DNA from: an uncultured Candidatus Saccharibacteria bacterium
GTDB taxonomy: Bacteria > Patescibacteriota > Minisyncoccia > UBA6257 > UBA11618
DNA: 32,000 nucleotides
Assembly: GCA_964432405.1 (NCBI GenBank)
Contig: CAYSNH010000001.1
Location: 90,001-122,000 of the forward strand
Direction of reading: 5' to 3'
The notes below the pieces were generated by a model. The model did no database searches. It had not been told where the DNA came from and worked only from the letters and a program-made list of their open reading frames with translations. Positions 9,991 through 18,270 of this stretch are shown here, one piece after another (position 1 is the first letter of the stretch; every line of letters begins with the position of its first letter). The position numbers and the translations under genes were made by a program.

Positions 9991-11217
9991 TTAGGATCTA
10001 TACCCTTTGAATTTATCAGGGGTAAAAGCCATCTTCTTTTGAGCTACTGGCTCTATCTTAGCTAACAAGATAAAGGCCGCTATCAAAATCCAAACCGAAC
10101 TCAAAACAAAAGGCCAAACAGCTCCAAACAACTGCCAAACCAATCCTCCCAACAAGTTACCAACCAAGGTCGCTAAGCCGATTGTGGTGTGATAGATACC
10201 AAAGGCCTCTCCTTGATGTTCTCGAGCTGCTAAGTCGCTAATAAAGGCCTTAAACACCCCATCAGTTAATCCTATAAACAAACCGTATAATGCAAATAGA
10301 ATCCAAACCGTTAAACTGTCGATCATAAAAGCAAAGCCTAAATTAACTAAAGCAAATAAAATAAAGGCCGCCAATAACAAAGGCCTTCTTCCCACCTTGT
10401 CCGACAACCTTCCTGCAGGATAAACACTAACAGCATAAAAAATATTATAAATTAAATAAACAACCGGGATTAAGAAAAGCAACATACCAATGTCATCAGC
10501 TCTTAAAATATAGAAAGCGTAACTATAATTAGCTAATCCAAAAAGAGAAGCTACTATTAAAACTTTTTTAAATCTAAGAGATAGAGTTCCAAAATCAAAT
10601 AATTTATGAGCATTAAATGACTTGGGCTTAGCAGAAACAACCTCTTTAACTGGTAATAACAATAGGACTGATAAAGCAGCCGGGATAAAAGAAATGAGAA
10701 GGATGGTTCTCAAAGTATTAGAAATGTCATTTTCTAATACATATAAGATAGCTATGGCAATGATAGTTCCTAATACAGCTCCAGCCGTATCAGAAGCTCG
10801 ATGAATACCAAAATACTTTCCCCTCTCCTTAGGATCAACCGACTCAGCAATCAAAGCATCCCTTGGCGCAGTTCTAATGCCTTTTCCAGTTCTATCTAAT
10901 GTTCGAGCTACTAAAACAACCAAAGAGCTATTGGCAACTGCAAACACAAACTTAGAAAATGCGCTTAAAGCATAACCGATAACCGTGAGACCTTTTCTCT
11001 TTCTTATCTTATCTGATAAATAACCAGAAAAATATTTAAGGACAGAACCCAAACCCTCAGCAACTCCTTCTATCAATCCGATAACTATAAAAGGTGCTCC
11101 CAAAACGCTCTTTAAAAAGATTGGCAAAATAGGAAAGATCATCTCTGAACTCACATCAGTGAGAAAAGATGTGGCTGATAACCACCAAATATTTTTTCTT
11201 GTTTTTTTATTAGCCAT
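9991..11217 (-). CDS. MFS transporter
   Basis: It has about 12 hydrophobic segments and the loop motif DKIRKRKG / DKVGRRP typical of MFS loop 2-3. Confidence 0.8.
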   Translation of the reverse strand: MANKKTRKNIWWLSATSFLTDVSSEMIFPILPIFLKSVLGAPFIVIGLIEGVAEGLGSVLKYFSGYLSDKIRKRKGLTVIGYALSAFSKFVFAVANSSLVVLVARTLDRTGKGIRTAPRDALIAESVDPKERGKYFGIHRASDTAGAVLGTIIAIAILYVLENDISNTLRTILLISFIPAALSVLLLLPVKEVVSAKPKSFNAHKLFDFGTLSLRFKKVLIVASLFGLANYSYAFYILRADDIGMLLFLIPVVYLIYNIFYAVSVYPAGRLSDKVGRRPLLLAAFILFALVNLGFAFMIDSLTVWILFALYGLFIGLTDGVFKAFISDLAAREHQGEAFGIYHTTIGLATLVGNLLGGLVWQLFGAVWPFVLSSVWILIAAFILLAKIEPVAQKKMAFTPDKFKGYRS

Positions 11218-11860
11218 TTATTTTTTTATTCCTCTTAGCGACAAAATAATAATAGAATGCGACTAACAATAAAATTCCTAAGCCAATAGTGCCGTACAAC
11301 TCTAGCTCTTCAAAGCGCCCTCCTATCAACTTATAAGCCGACCCCACATACCACCCAGTCATTCCTGTAATAGCAACTCTAATAATCGTTCCTAAAAAAG
11401 TATAAATGGCAAAAGTCTTCCAAGGAATTCTCACCACCCCACAAAAAACCGACACTACTGTTATGGGTAAAATAGGAGTTGCTCTAAAAAACAAAATGCC
11501 CAGTTCATCAATCTTAGTTCTAGAATATTGATTTTCTATTCTTTCCACCTTATTCCAAGATACCCCGATAAACTTTCCATATTTTTCAATCAAAGGCTTG
11601 CCACCCCAATAAGCAAGTCCGTAAATTAAAAAAGAACCGATGGTAATACCCAAAGCTCCCCAAATAGCCATCTTGGTTAAAACCATTAAAAGAGCTGGCC
11701 AAAAAGAAAGTGAAGCTGGGATCATAAAAAATCCAACGGCCACAAATAATGGACTCGAGGGAATTATAAAAAATATCTCCTCAACTAATCCAGATAAAAA
11801 AACAGCTAGTGAACCGTAACTTGTTAAAAAATCCTGCGTAATAAATAAAAATCCTTCCAT
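11210..11860 (-). CDS. DedA/VTT (SNARE-associated) family membrane protein
   Basis: It is a multi-TM protein with the DedA-like core FFRATPILPITVVSVFCGVVRIPWKTF. It overlaps the MFS start by 8 nt. Confidence 0.7.
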   Translation of the reverse strand: MEGFLFITQDFLTSYGSLAVFLSGLVEEIFFIIPSSPLFVAVGFFMIPASLSFWPALLMVLTKMAIWGALGITIGSFLIYGLAYWGGKPLIEKYGKFIGVSWNKVERIENQYSRTKIDELGILFFRATPILPITVVSVFCGVVRIPWKTFAIYTFLGTIIRVAITGMTGWYVGSAYKLIGGRFEELELYGTIGLGILLLVAFYYYFVAKRNKKING

Positions 11861-11861
11861 A

Positions 11862-14519
11862 TTATTTTTTCATTGTTAAACGATAAAAAAATTTTCTAGT
11901 CTCCTCCACCACAACAATTAATAACGAGACCCCTAATGCCAAAAGCCAATCTGATAAAGTCAGAGGCACCGTTTGAAAAATCGATTGAAAAGGCTTCCAA
12001 TAAACGACTACTAACTGAAGCATTATCACAACAAAAGTTGCTCCTAGCAAAACCTTGTTACTCAAAGGATTGGTCATAAAAATAGATTTACTCTCTGAGC
12101 GAACATTCCATGCATTAAACCATTGCATAATAGCTAACGTGGTCAATGACATGGTCAATGCCTTAGGCAAATTATCTTGATAGTTTAAACTAAAAACAAT
12201 AAGAGCACCAATCATCATCGAAGTCCCCATAAGAAAGCTTCGTAAAACCGTTGTCTTATCAATAAAATATTTTCTCGAATGTTCAAAAGTGCCCTTTAAT
12301 AACTCCTTACCTCTTGGCTCCCAAGCAAAAGAAATATCCAAAAATCCATCGGTAACTAAGTTAAGCCAAATAATTTGAGTAGGAACCAACAACAAAGGCC
12401 ATCCCAACAAAATTGATCCAAAAATAGCCATCACCTCACCGATACTCGTAGAAAATAAATAAAGAATAGTCTTCTTAATCGTCTGATAAACATGTCTCCC
12501 TTCTTCAACGGCGGCAACAATTGTACCAAAATTATCGTCCAGCAAAATAATATCGCTCGCATCCTTAGAAACACTAGTGCCGATACCTCCCATAGCCACT
12601 CCTAAGTCAGCCGCTACTAGCGAAGGAGCATCATTAACTCCATCACCCGTCATAGCCACAATCTCTCCTTTGCTTCTATAAGCATCAATGATAGTAGTCT
12701 TGTTTCTAGGGCTAATACGAGCAAAAACCGTTACCTTGTCGATAACTCTACTTAACTCCCTCTTGCTCATCCTCTCCAACTCCCTATCAGTCAATACCAG
12801 GTCTCCTTCTTTATAAATTCCAGCCTGCCTAGCGATAGCTATGGCTGTTAATTTATGATCCCCTGTAATCATAATGGTTCTCATCCCCGCTTTTTTAACT
12901 CTCTTAACCGCACTCACCACCTCCTTACGAATTGCATCCTCCATAGCATAAAAACCTGCAAAAACCATCTCCGGAATACCTTTTCTAGATTTCAAATCGG
13001 CATTAGCAAAACTAAAAGCCAATATACGCAAGCCATTTTGAGAAAGTTGATTAACAATCTCTTTCATACGTTCTTTTTCCTTATCGCTAAAAACAACAAC
13101 TTTTCCATCTCTCCAAATCTTTGCACAAGCATTCAAAACTGTTTCTGGAGCTCCAACGACAGTAGTGTATTTATTATCATTCATTTGATGGACGGTTACA
13201 TGATATTTACTCACATGATCAAATGGAATTTCTGCTACCTGCGGATATTTATTCTCCAAAACATCTTTAGGTAAGCCTAACTTCTTACCCAATACCAACA
13301 TCGCCACCTCGGTTGGATCACCAATAACACGACCCTTGCTCAAACGAGCGCTAGCACAAAAAGAAGCTATCTGAGCTGCTATATACAAATCAGAATTTTG
13401 ACTAGCTTTAACCTCCCTGCCTCCCAACAAAGCCTTACCCTTAAATTTAAAACCTTCGCCGGTAATTTCAAAAAAATGATTATTAATAAAAACCTTGCGA
13501 ATCACCATTTCATTACGAGTAATAGTTCCTGTCTTATCTACCGCAATCACCCGCGCCTGACCCAAAGCCTCAACCGCCTGCAATCTTTTAACTAGAGCGT
13601 TACGACGCGCCATTCTCATAACACCAAAAGCTAAGATCAAAGTACTAACAATTGGTAATCCCTCAGGAATAACAGAAACCGCTAATGTGACTGCTACCAA
13701 AAACATATCTTGCAACCCATCCCCCTTAGCAGCTGCGATGCCCAAAAGAGCCAAGGAAACTACTATCACCGCCCCAATAACCAAATGAGAAAGCTCTCTT
13801 AAATTGGCTTGAAAAGGAATTTCTGTATCAATGTCAGCAATCAAACTGCTGATCTTACCAATCTCAGTATTTAGACCAGTTCCCACTACCAAAGCCTTCG
13901 CATTACCACCAACAACATTAGTTCCCTTAAAAACCATATTACTCCTCTCTACCACTGGCACTCTTTTTTTACTAAAATAACCTACAATTTTCTTTACAGG
14001 AGTAGACTCACCAGTTAAGGAGGCTTCATCAATTCTAAGATTATTAGCAATAATTAAACGACAGTCAGCTGACACCTTATCTCCCTCCATAAGAACTATA
14101 ACGTCTCCCGGTACCAAAACCTTATCAGACATCAAAGACTCCTTACCATCTCTCAAAACAGTCGCAAAAGTCTCTACAAAATTCTGTAAAGCAATTAAAG
14201 CGCTTTGAGCACGTCCTTCCTGAATAGACCCCACTATCGCGTTAAACGCCAAAACAAACAGAATAACCCCACCATCAACATATTCACCCAACCAAAAAAC
14301 AATTGCGGCAGCAATTAACAATATATAAATAAGAGAGTTTTTAAATTGACGAAAAAAAATAATCCACCAGCTATCAATTTCTGGCTTTGGCAATTCATTA
14401 GGGCCAAAGGATTGGAGACGCTTTTCCGCCCATTCACCAGTTAGACCCTTCTCTGATGTATTAAGTTTTTTATAGACTTCTTTTAAAGGAAGACGATGCC
14501 AAGCGGTATTATTCGCCAT
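11862..14519 (-). CDS. P2-type cation-transporting ATPase (Ca2+-ATPase-like)
   Basis: The motifs are TGES (LTGESTPV), PEGLP in TM4, the phosphorylation site DKTGTIT, and MITGDH and TGDGVNDAPSL. Confidence 0.93.
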   Translation of the reverse strand: MANNTAWHRLPLKEVYKKLNTSEKGLTGEWAEKRLQSFGPNELPKPEIDSWWIIFFRQFKNSLIYILLIAAAIVFWLGEYVDGGVILFVLAFNAIVGSIQEGRAQSALIALQNFVETFATVLRDGKESLMSDKVLVPGDVIVLMEGDKVSADCRLIIANNLRIDEASLTGESTPVKKIVGYFSKKRVPVVERSNMVFKGTNVVGGNAKALVVGTGLNTEIGKISSLIADIDTEIPFQANLRELSHLVIGAVIVVSLALLGIAAAKGDGLQDMFLVAVTLAVSVIPEGLPIVSTLILAFGVMRMARRNALVKRLQAVEALGQARVIAVDKTGTITRNEMVIRKVFINNHFFEITGEGFKFKGKALLGGREVKASQNSDLYIAAQIASFCASARLSKGRVIGDPTEVAMLVLGKKLGLPKDVLENKYPQVAEIPFDHVSKYHVTVHQMNDNKYTTVVGAPETVLNACAKIWRDGKVVVFSDKEKERMKEIVNQLSQNGLRILAFSFANADLKSRKGIPEMVFAGFYAMEDAIRKEVVSAVKRVKKAGMRTIMITGDHKLTAIAIARQAGIYKEGDLVLTDRELERMSKRELSRVIDKVTVFARISPRNKTTIIDAYRSKGEIVAMTGDGVNDAPSLVAADLGVAMGGIGTSVSKDASDIILLDDNFGTIVAAVEEGRHVYQTIKKTILYLFSTSIGEVMAIFGSILLGWPLLLVPTQIIWLNLVTDGFLDISFAWEPRGKELLKGTFEHSRKYFIDKTTVLRSFLMGTSMMIGALIVFSLNYQDNLPKALTMSLTTLAIMQWFNAWNVRSESKSIFMTNPLSNKVLLGATFVVIMLQLVVVYWKPFQSIFQTVPLTLSDWLLALGVSLLIVVVEETRKFFYRLTMKK

Positions 14520-14526
14520 CCTATAA

Positions 14527-14535
14527 ATTTTACCA
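14527..14535 (-). promoter_or_regulatory. Possible extended -10 element TGgTAAAAT, 7 nt upstream of the ATPase ATG
   Basis: The minus strand reads TGGTAAAAT-ttatagg-ATG within the 20-nt gap after the upstream gene. Confidence 0.3.
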
Positions 14536-14539
14536 CAGG

Positions 14540-15232
14540 TTAAGAAACACGTTCACCTAAAACTCTTTCAATCTTAATTAAATCCTCAGGAGAAGATGTT
14601 GGCTGCCAAAAAGCCAACTGCTCCACAAACACCTTATGATCAGCTGCTAATTTAGTAACCATCTTAGGTAAATAATATTCTCCGTTAGATTCTGCCTCCA
14701 CCTCGTATTTAGTATCAAAAATTTTTTCATTTAAAAGCCAAATTCCCGTACTAACTAAATTAGATTCTGGTTGAGCAGGTTTTTCAATAATTTTTTCTAT
14801 ACTCCCATCTTCTTTAGTATAAACAACTCCAAACCTTTCAGGATTTTCATGCTCCTTAACCAATAAACATAAATCATGTTTTAAAGAATTCTCTAAGCTC
14901 AACTTATCAAATAAATCATCAGCATTGAGTACAAAAAACTTTTCTTTATTTATATATGACTGACAAAGTTTTAAAGCGTGCCCTGTTCCTAGCGACCCTT
15001 CCTGCTCCACATAAGTTATTGATCTTCCATAAAGACTATCGCCACAAAAATCTTTAATTTGACCTCCTAAATAACCGACGATAATAAAAAGCTCGTTCAC
15101 CTGATCAGGTAACGAGCTAATTATATGTTCAATCAATGGCTTGCCAGCCACTGACAACATGGGCTTAGGGGTGTTAGAGGTAAGAGATTGCATTCTTTTA
15201 CCTCTTCCTGCAGCAATAATTATAGCTTTCAT
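14540..15232 (-). CDS. Sugar-phosphate nucleotidyltransferase (short G1P thymidylyl/uridylyltransferase-like)
   Basis: The N-terminus MKAIIIAAGRGKRM...PKPML carries the GxGxR signature, followed by GTGHAL and NADDL. Confidence 0.85.
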   Translation of the reverse strand: MKAIIIAAGRGKRMQSLTSNTPKPMLSVAGKPLIEHIISSLPDQVNELFIIVGYLGGQIKDFCGDSLYGRSITYVEQEGSLGTGHALKLCQSYINKEKFFVLNADDLFDKLSLENSLKHDLCLLVKEHENPERFGVVYTKEDGSIEKIIEKPAQPESNLVSTGIWLLNEKIFDTKYEVEAESNGEYYLPKMVTKLAADHKVFVEQLAFWQPTSSPEDLIKIERVLGERVS

Positions 15233-15236
15233 TTTG

Positions 15237-15308
15237 GGTGCCTAACGGGACTCGAACCCGCATCGCCACTGCCACAGAGTGGAGCTCTGCCCTTGAGCTA
15301 TAGGCACC
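15237..15308 (-). tRNA. tRNA-His (anticodon GTG), encoded G-1:C73, no encoded CCA
   Basis: Manual cloverleaf: G-1, GTGCCTA, TA, GCTC-AAGGGCA-GAGC, T, CCACT-CTGTGGC-AGTGG, CGAT, GCGGG-TTCGAGT-CCCGT, TAGGCAC, C. Confidence 0.9.
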
Positions 15309-15311
15309 ATG

Positions 15312-15383
15312 TGCCGCGGGGCGGAATCGAACCACCGACGCTCGCCTCTTCAGGGCGACGCTCTACCACTGAGCTACCGCGGC
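15312..15383 (-). tRNA. tRNA-Phe (anticodon GAA), no encoded CCA
   Basis: Manual cloverleaf: GCCGCGG, TA, GCTC-AGTGGTA-GAGC, G, TCGCC-CTGAAGA-GGCGA, GCGTC, GGTGG-TTCGATT-CCGCC, CCGCGGC, A. It lies 3 nt from tRNA-His. Confidence 0.9.
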
Positions 15384-15393
15384 TAATGGCCCT

Positions 15394-15422
15394 ATTATAC
15401 GTTAATAGAGCCTTTCAGTCAA
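15394..15422 (-). promoter_or_regulatory. Near-consensus promoter TTGACT-17-TATAAT driving tRNA-Phe/tRNA-His and the downstream operon
   Basis: The minus strand reads TTGACT (15422..15417), a 17-nt spacer, then TATAAT (15399..15394). The tRNA-Phe 5' end is 10 nt downstream. Confidence 0.6.
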
Positions 15423-15863
15423 TTAAAAACTCCCTTCTAAAACATGAGCTTCAGGATTATTATCCAACCCTAAAGACTTAGTTTCTTGAGTAATGACGAC
15501 CTTATTATAATTAGAATAATCTTCATTAGAAGAAAACTCCAATACATAACTACCATCAACACTCTTATTTAATTGACCTGTAGAAATAAATTTAAATGGC
15601 AATGACCTCACTATCCACCCTTCGTAAAACTTATCAGCCGATGGGTCAGCTAGCTGAGCGGTAACAGTGTGAACATAATTACCATCATCATAATTTCTAG
15701 TTGCTATTCCAGAACCAGAAAAATCACCTACCGACTCTAAAGAAGTTTCTTCCATTTGATTTTCAGATTCTCTCGGCATTACATCCATTCCTGACTGCAT
15801 AAACCACCAACCAAAAACTCCTACAATCACTACAACTAAGATCCAAATCCAAACTTTATTCAT
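15423..15863 (-). CDS. Membrane-anchored hypothetical protein (N-terminal TM plus extracytoplasmic domain, possibly RskA-C-like)
   Basis: The TM helix is VWIWILVVVIVGVFGWWF. The segment DKFYEGWIVRSLPFKFISTGQL recalls the Y-x-W-hydrophobic core of anti-sigma-K RskA C-terminal domains, from memory only. Confidence 0.55.
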   Translation of the reverse strand: MNKVWIWILVVVIVGVFGWWFMQSGMDVMPRESENQMEETSLESVGDFSGSGIATRNYDDGNYVHTVTAQLADPSADKFYEGWIVRSLPFKFISTGQLNKSVDGSYVLEFSSNEDYSNYNKVVITQETKSLGLDNNPEAHVLEGSF

Positions 15864-15915
15864 ATTTATGTATCTAGTTAATATTTCGACCTTAATTACT
15901 AATCTTTCTTAATTG

Positions 15916-15987
15916 TACCCCCTGAAGGAATCGAACCCTCATAAACGGGGTAGAAACCCGTTACTTTATCCATTAAGCTAAGGGGGC
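15916..15987 (-). tRNA. tRNA-Arg (anticodon TCT), no encoded CCA
   Basis: Manual cloverleaf: GCCCCCT, TA, GCTT-AATGGATA-AAGT, A, ACGGG-TTTCTAC-CCCGT, TTAT, GAGGG-TTCGATT-CCTTC, AGGGGGT, A. Confidence 0.85.
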
Positions 15988-15991
15988 ATAT

Positions 15992-16065
15992 TGGTCGGGC
16001 TGCTGAGAATCGAACTCAGACTACAGACTCCCAAAGTCCGCGTACTACCACTATACTACAGCCCG
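15992..16065 (-). tRNA. tRNA-Pro (anticodon TGG), CCA encoded
   Basis: Manual cloverleaf: CGGGCTG, TA, GTAT-AGTGGTA-GTAC, G, CGGAC-TTTGGGA-GTCTG, TAGT, CTGAG-TTCGATT-CTCAG, CAGCCCG, A, CCA. Confidence 0.9.
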
Positions 16066-16073
16066 TGAACCCT

Positions 16074-16102
16074 ATAATACCCTAAAATGTCTAATATTTC
16101 AA
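16074..16102 (-). promoter_or_regulatory. Promoter TTGAAA-17-TATTAT upstream of tRNA-Pro/tRNA-Arg
   Basis: The minus strand reads TTGAAA (16102..16097), a 17-nt spacer, then TATTAT (16079..16074). The tRNA-Pro 5' end is 8 nt downstream. Confidence 0.5.
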
Positions 16103-16110
16103 TGATAAAC

Positions 16111-16713
16111 CTAGTCAAAATACTTATCAAACTTATTCATTGAAGAGTCAAAGTTTTGATTAAGCTTATTAATCATTTTAATAGACTCGTTGATCTCTGT
16201 CACCAGCTTTTTCACTTTATGCTCACTATTATGAATACGTCCTTCAAACTTCCCTCTTAATAATTCAAAAAGCTCGTTCAAGGTTTCATGATATAAGATC
16301 AGATGATTCACTAACTGAACCTCATAACCAACGGCTTCTGTTGCTAATGTTCGTGCTCGAGATGGCTCAATAGAAGACAATAAGGTAGCCATTGTTCCTA
16401 GCTGACTTGATAAGACCACTGCCTCCTGACGAGCCTCACCATTCCTCTCTAGTTCTTGAACTACTAATTTTAAAGCCGAGCTATAATTTTTCTTTTCATC
16501 AAACTGACTAATCTGTTCTAAGCCAGCTAAAGATTGGTGAGCTAAAAATACTATTTTTCTTGCTGTAACTGCACCATTAACTCGAGCTTCAATAAACTCT
16601 TCCGGAACATTTTCATCCCCCAACCAAAAGCCCTGGGCTAAAAAATATACCGCTATAGCAGCTATTAAAATTGTTAGAGTTGTTAAAGCAACTCTTGTAT
16701 TACGTGTAATCAT
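16111..16713 (-). CDS. Membrane-anchored all-alpha hypothetical protein
   Basis: It is a 200-aa ORF with one N-terminal TM helix (VALTTLTILIAAIAVYFLAQGFW). The rest is helical and charged, and I recognise no motif. Confidence 0.55.
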   Translation of the reverse strand: MITRNTRVALTTLTILIAAIAVYFLAQGFWLGDENVPEEFIEARVNGAVTARKIVFLAHQSLAGLEQISQFDEKKNYSSALKLVVQELERNGEARQEAVVLSSQLGTMATLLSSIEPSRARTLATEAVGYEVQLVNHLILYHETLNELFELLRGKFEGRIHNSEHKVKKLVTEINESIKMINKLNQNFDSSMNKFDKYFD

Positions 16714-16786
16714 TAGATAAACTATTTTGCCTCAAATACTAGTAAAAATCAAGATTTTTATGTATCTTATTAATTATATCTAACAA

Positions 16787-16860
16787 GCGGGAGTAGCACA
16801 GTGGTAGTGCATCTGCCTTCCAAGCAGAAGACGCGGGTTCGATTCCCGTCTCCCGCTCCA
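16787..16860 (+). tRNA. tRNA-Gly (anticodon TCC), CCA encoded
   Basis: Manual cloverleaf: GCGGGAG, TA, GCAC-AGTGGTA-GTGC, A, TCTGC-CTTCCAA-GCAGA, AGAC, GCGGG-TTCGATT-CCCGT, CTCCCGC, T, CCA. Confidence 0.9.
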
Positions 16861-16899
16861 TCTTTTTTGACTTATCCCTTATCTTTCGCTACTTATTAA

Positions 16900-16926
16900 G
16901 TAACTAAAGCGTTATTTTTTCGTTTA
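16900..16926 (+). promoter_or_regulatory. ECF-type promoter-like motif GTAAC-N16-CGTTTA directly upstream of the ECF sigma gene
   Basis: GTAAC is at 16900..16904, followed by a 16-nt spacer and CGT at 16921..16923. It resembles the B. subtilis SigW/SigX/SigM-type (T)G(A/T)AAC-N16/17-CGT(A/C) promoters. Confidence 0.3.
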
Positions 16927-16928
16927 CT

Positions 16929-17477
16929 ATGTTAGATGATGAGCAAAAAATTATCTTAAAAGCTCAAAAAGGTGAAGCTGAATGTTTTGGTCAATTATAT
17001 GATCATTACGTTTCTCAGATATACCGTTTTGTTTTAATTAAAGTTAGCCATCATCAAGAGGCTGAAGACATTACCCACGAAGTATTTCTTAAGGCCTGGC
17101 AGAATATTAACAATTTCAATCAACGAGGCTTTCCTTTTTCTAGTTGGTTATATCGAATTGCGCGCAATAGAGTGATCGACTACTATCGCACCAAAAAAGA
17201 AGCAACATCGATTGACGAAGTAAGTGAGCATAAATTTAAATTAGCTGCCAACTTCGATCAAGAGCTAGATCATCAATCTAGCCTAGATAGTGTTAAGGAC
17301 GCCATTAAGAAATTAAACGATGAGCAACAAAACATTATTATTCTTCGTTTTGTTGAAGATCTTAGTACTACCGAAATAGCTCAAATAACTAATAAAAGTG
17401 AGGGAGCAGTTCGCTTAATGCAATATAGAGCTATTAGAAATCTAAAAAATATTTTAAATAATGAAGAATCTAATTAA
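16929..17477 (+). CDS. ECF (group 4) sigma-70 family RNA polymerase sigma factor
   Basis: Region 2 reads YDHYVSQIYRFVLIKV...AEDITHEVFLKAWQNINNF...SWLYRIARNRVIDYYR. Region 4.2 reads LSTTEIAQITNKSEGAVRLMQYRAIRNLK. Confidence 0.9.
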   Translation: MLDDEQKIILKAQKGEAECFGQLYDHYVSQIYRFVLIKVSHHQEAEDITHEVFLKAWQNINNFNQRGFPFSSWLYRIARNRVIDYYRTKKEATSIDEVSEHKFKLAANFDQELDHQSSLDSVKDAIKKLNDEQQNIIILRFVEDLSTTEIAQITNKSEGAVRLMQYRAIRNLKNILNNEESN

Positions 17478-17853
17478 AAATTTAGAGAGACTAAAAAAGA
17501 TTGAGCCTGGTCCTGAGTTCCTACACCACTCCAAAACGCAAATTTTAACTACTCATCACAATAACTCTTCTACTAATTTTAGATTATCTCAATTTAAGAA
17601 TCGCTTTATTGAAAGCGCTAGTTTTGCTGCAGCCTTAGGATTAGCCTCTCTTTTATTCTATCTAACTACCAACGGTCTCTCTGGCTCTTCTTCCGCTGTT
17701 ATAACTCAACAAGACAAACCAACATTTGATATACATTTACGTGATGCCAAATATTATAAAGAAGTGGCGCCAAATGTTTATGTGGTAGTTCTCAATGAAA
17801 ATATAGAGGAAGAAGAATTTAAAGAAAAATTAGGTAATCTATTAGACAAATAA
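17461..17853 (+). CDS. Putative single-pass anti-sigma factor (by position only)
   Basis: It overlaps the sigma gene by 17 nt. It has a roughly 50-aa cytoplasmic N-terminus, the TM helix ASFAAALGLASLLFYLTT and a short external tail. There is no HxxxCxxC zinc anti-sigma motif. Confidence 0.5.
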   Translation: MKNLIKNLERLKKIEPGPEFLHHSKTQILTTHHNNSSTNFRLSQFKNRFIESASFAAALGLASLLFYLTTNGLSGSSSAVITQQDKPTFDIHLRDAKYYKEVAPNVYVVVLNENIEEEEFKEKLGNLLDK

Positions 17854-17877
17854 ATAAACCCCTTTCGGGGTTTATTT
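17852..17877. terminator. Bidirectional rho-independent terminator between the anti-sigma gene and hup
   Basis: A perfect 11-bp stem aaataaacccc/ggggtttattt with loop tttc is flanked by A/T runs, so it reads as hairpin plus U-tract on both strands. Confidence 0.7.
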
Positions 17878-17897
17878 ATTAAAGGAAACAATTCAGT

Positions 17898-18170
17898 TTA
17901 CTGGACGGCTTCTTTCATTAGCTTTCCAGGACGGAATTTAGGCTTTATAGCAGCAGCGATTTTGATCTTTTCACCTGTAGCAGGGTTTCGACCCCATCTT
18001 TCTGCTCTATTATAAACACGGAAGGTTCCAAAACCAGTAAGAGCAACATCTTCACCTGTGCCCATGGTTTTTAAAATAGTGTCAAAAACAGCTTCAACAG
18101 CATCTTGAGCTTCCTTTTTTTGCATGCCAGTTGCTTCAGCAACGGCTTCTACTAAACCACTCTTTTTCAT
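17898..18170 (-). CDS. hup: HU-family DNA-binding protein
   Basis: It is 90 aa, with LTGFGTFRVYNRAERWGRNPATGEKIKIAAAIKPKFRPGK as the beta-arm with RNP. Confidence 0.95.
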   Translation of the reverse strand: MKKSGLVEAVAEATGMQKKEAQDAVEAVFDTILKTMGTGEDVALTGFGTFRVYNRAERWGRNPATGEKIKIAAAIKPKFRPGKLMKEAVQ

Positions 18171-18238
18171 AAATCTTAAAGTTATCTTTTATTCTTACAT
18201 CAACGAACCGACCTTTTAGGTTATACTATAATCTTTAT

Positions 18239-18247
18239 ATTATAGCA
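18239..18247 (-). promoter_or_regulatory. Extended -10 promoter TGCTATAAT for hup
   Basis: The minus strand reads TGCTATAAT about 70 nt upstream of the hup ATG. Confidence 0.4.
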
Positions 18248-18270
18248 GGTTTTATGTCAATAATTAAGTA

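Noticed and set aside
12855-13595. + strand ORFs (139 aa, 65 aa) inside the P-type ATPase gene, and similar antisense ORFs at 4375..4725, 5381..5659, 6989..7171, 10622..10804, 19019..19234, 20963..21160, 24420..24611, 25427..26225, 30301..30714 and 31537..31722
   Set aside because: All are shadows of well-supported genes on the opposite strand or in another frame. Their translations are low-complexity with no recognisable motifs.
15188-15481. 97-aa + strand ORF
   Set aside because: It spans the antisense of tRNA-His and tRNA-Phe, and the G+C-rich tRNA sequence keeps the frame open.
15237-16860. tRNA cluster as an integration hotspot or genomic island
   Set aside because: There is no integrase, recombinase or transposase, and I could see no duplicated tRNA 3' fragment or direct repeat. 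The interleaved genes are small membrane proteins with local promoters.
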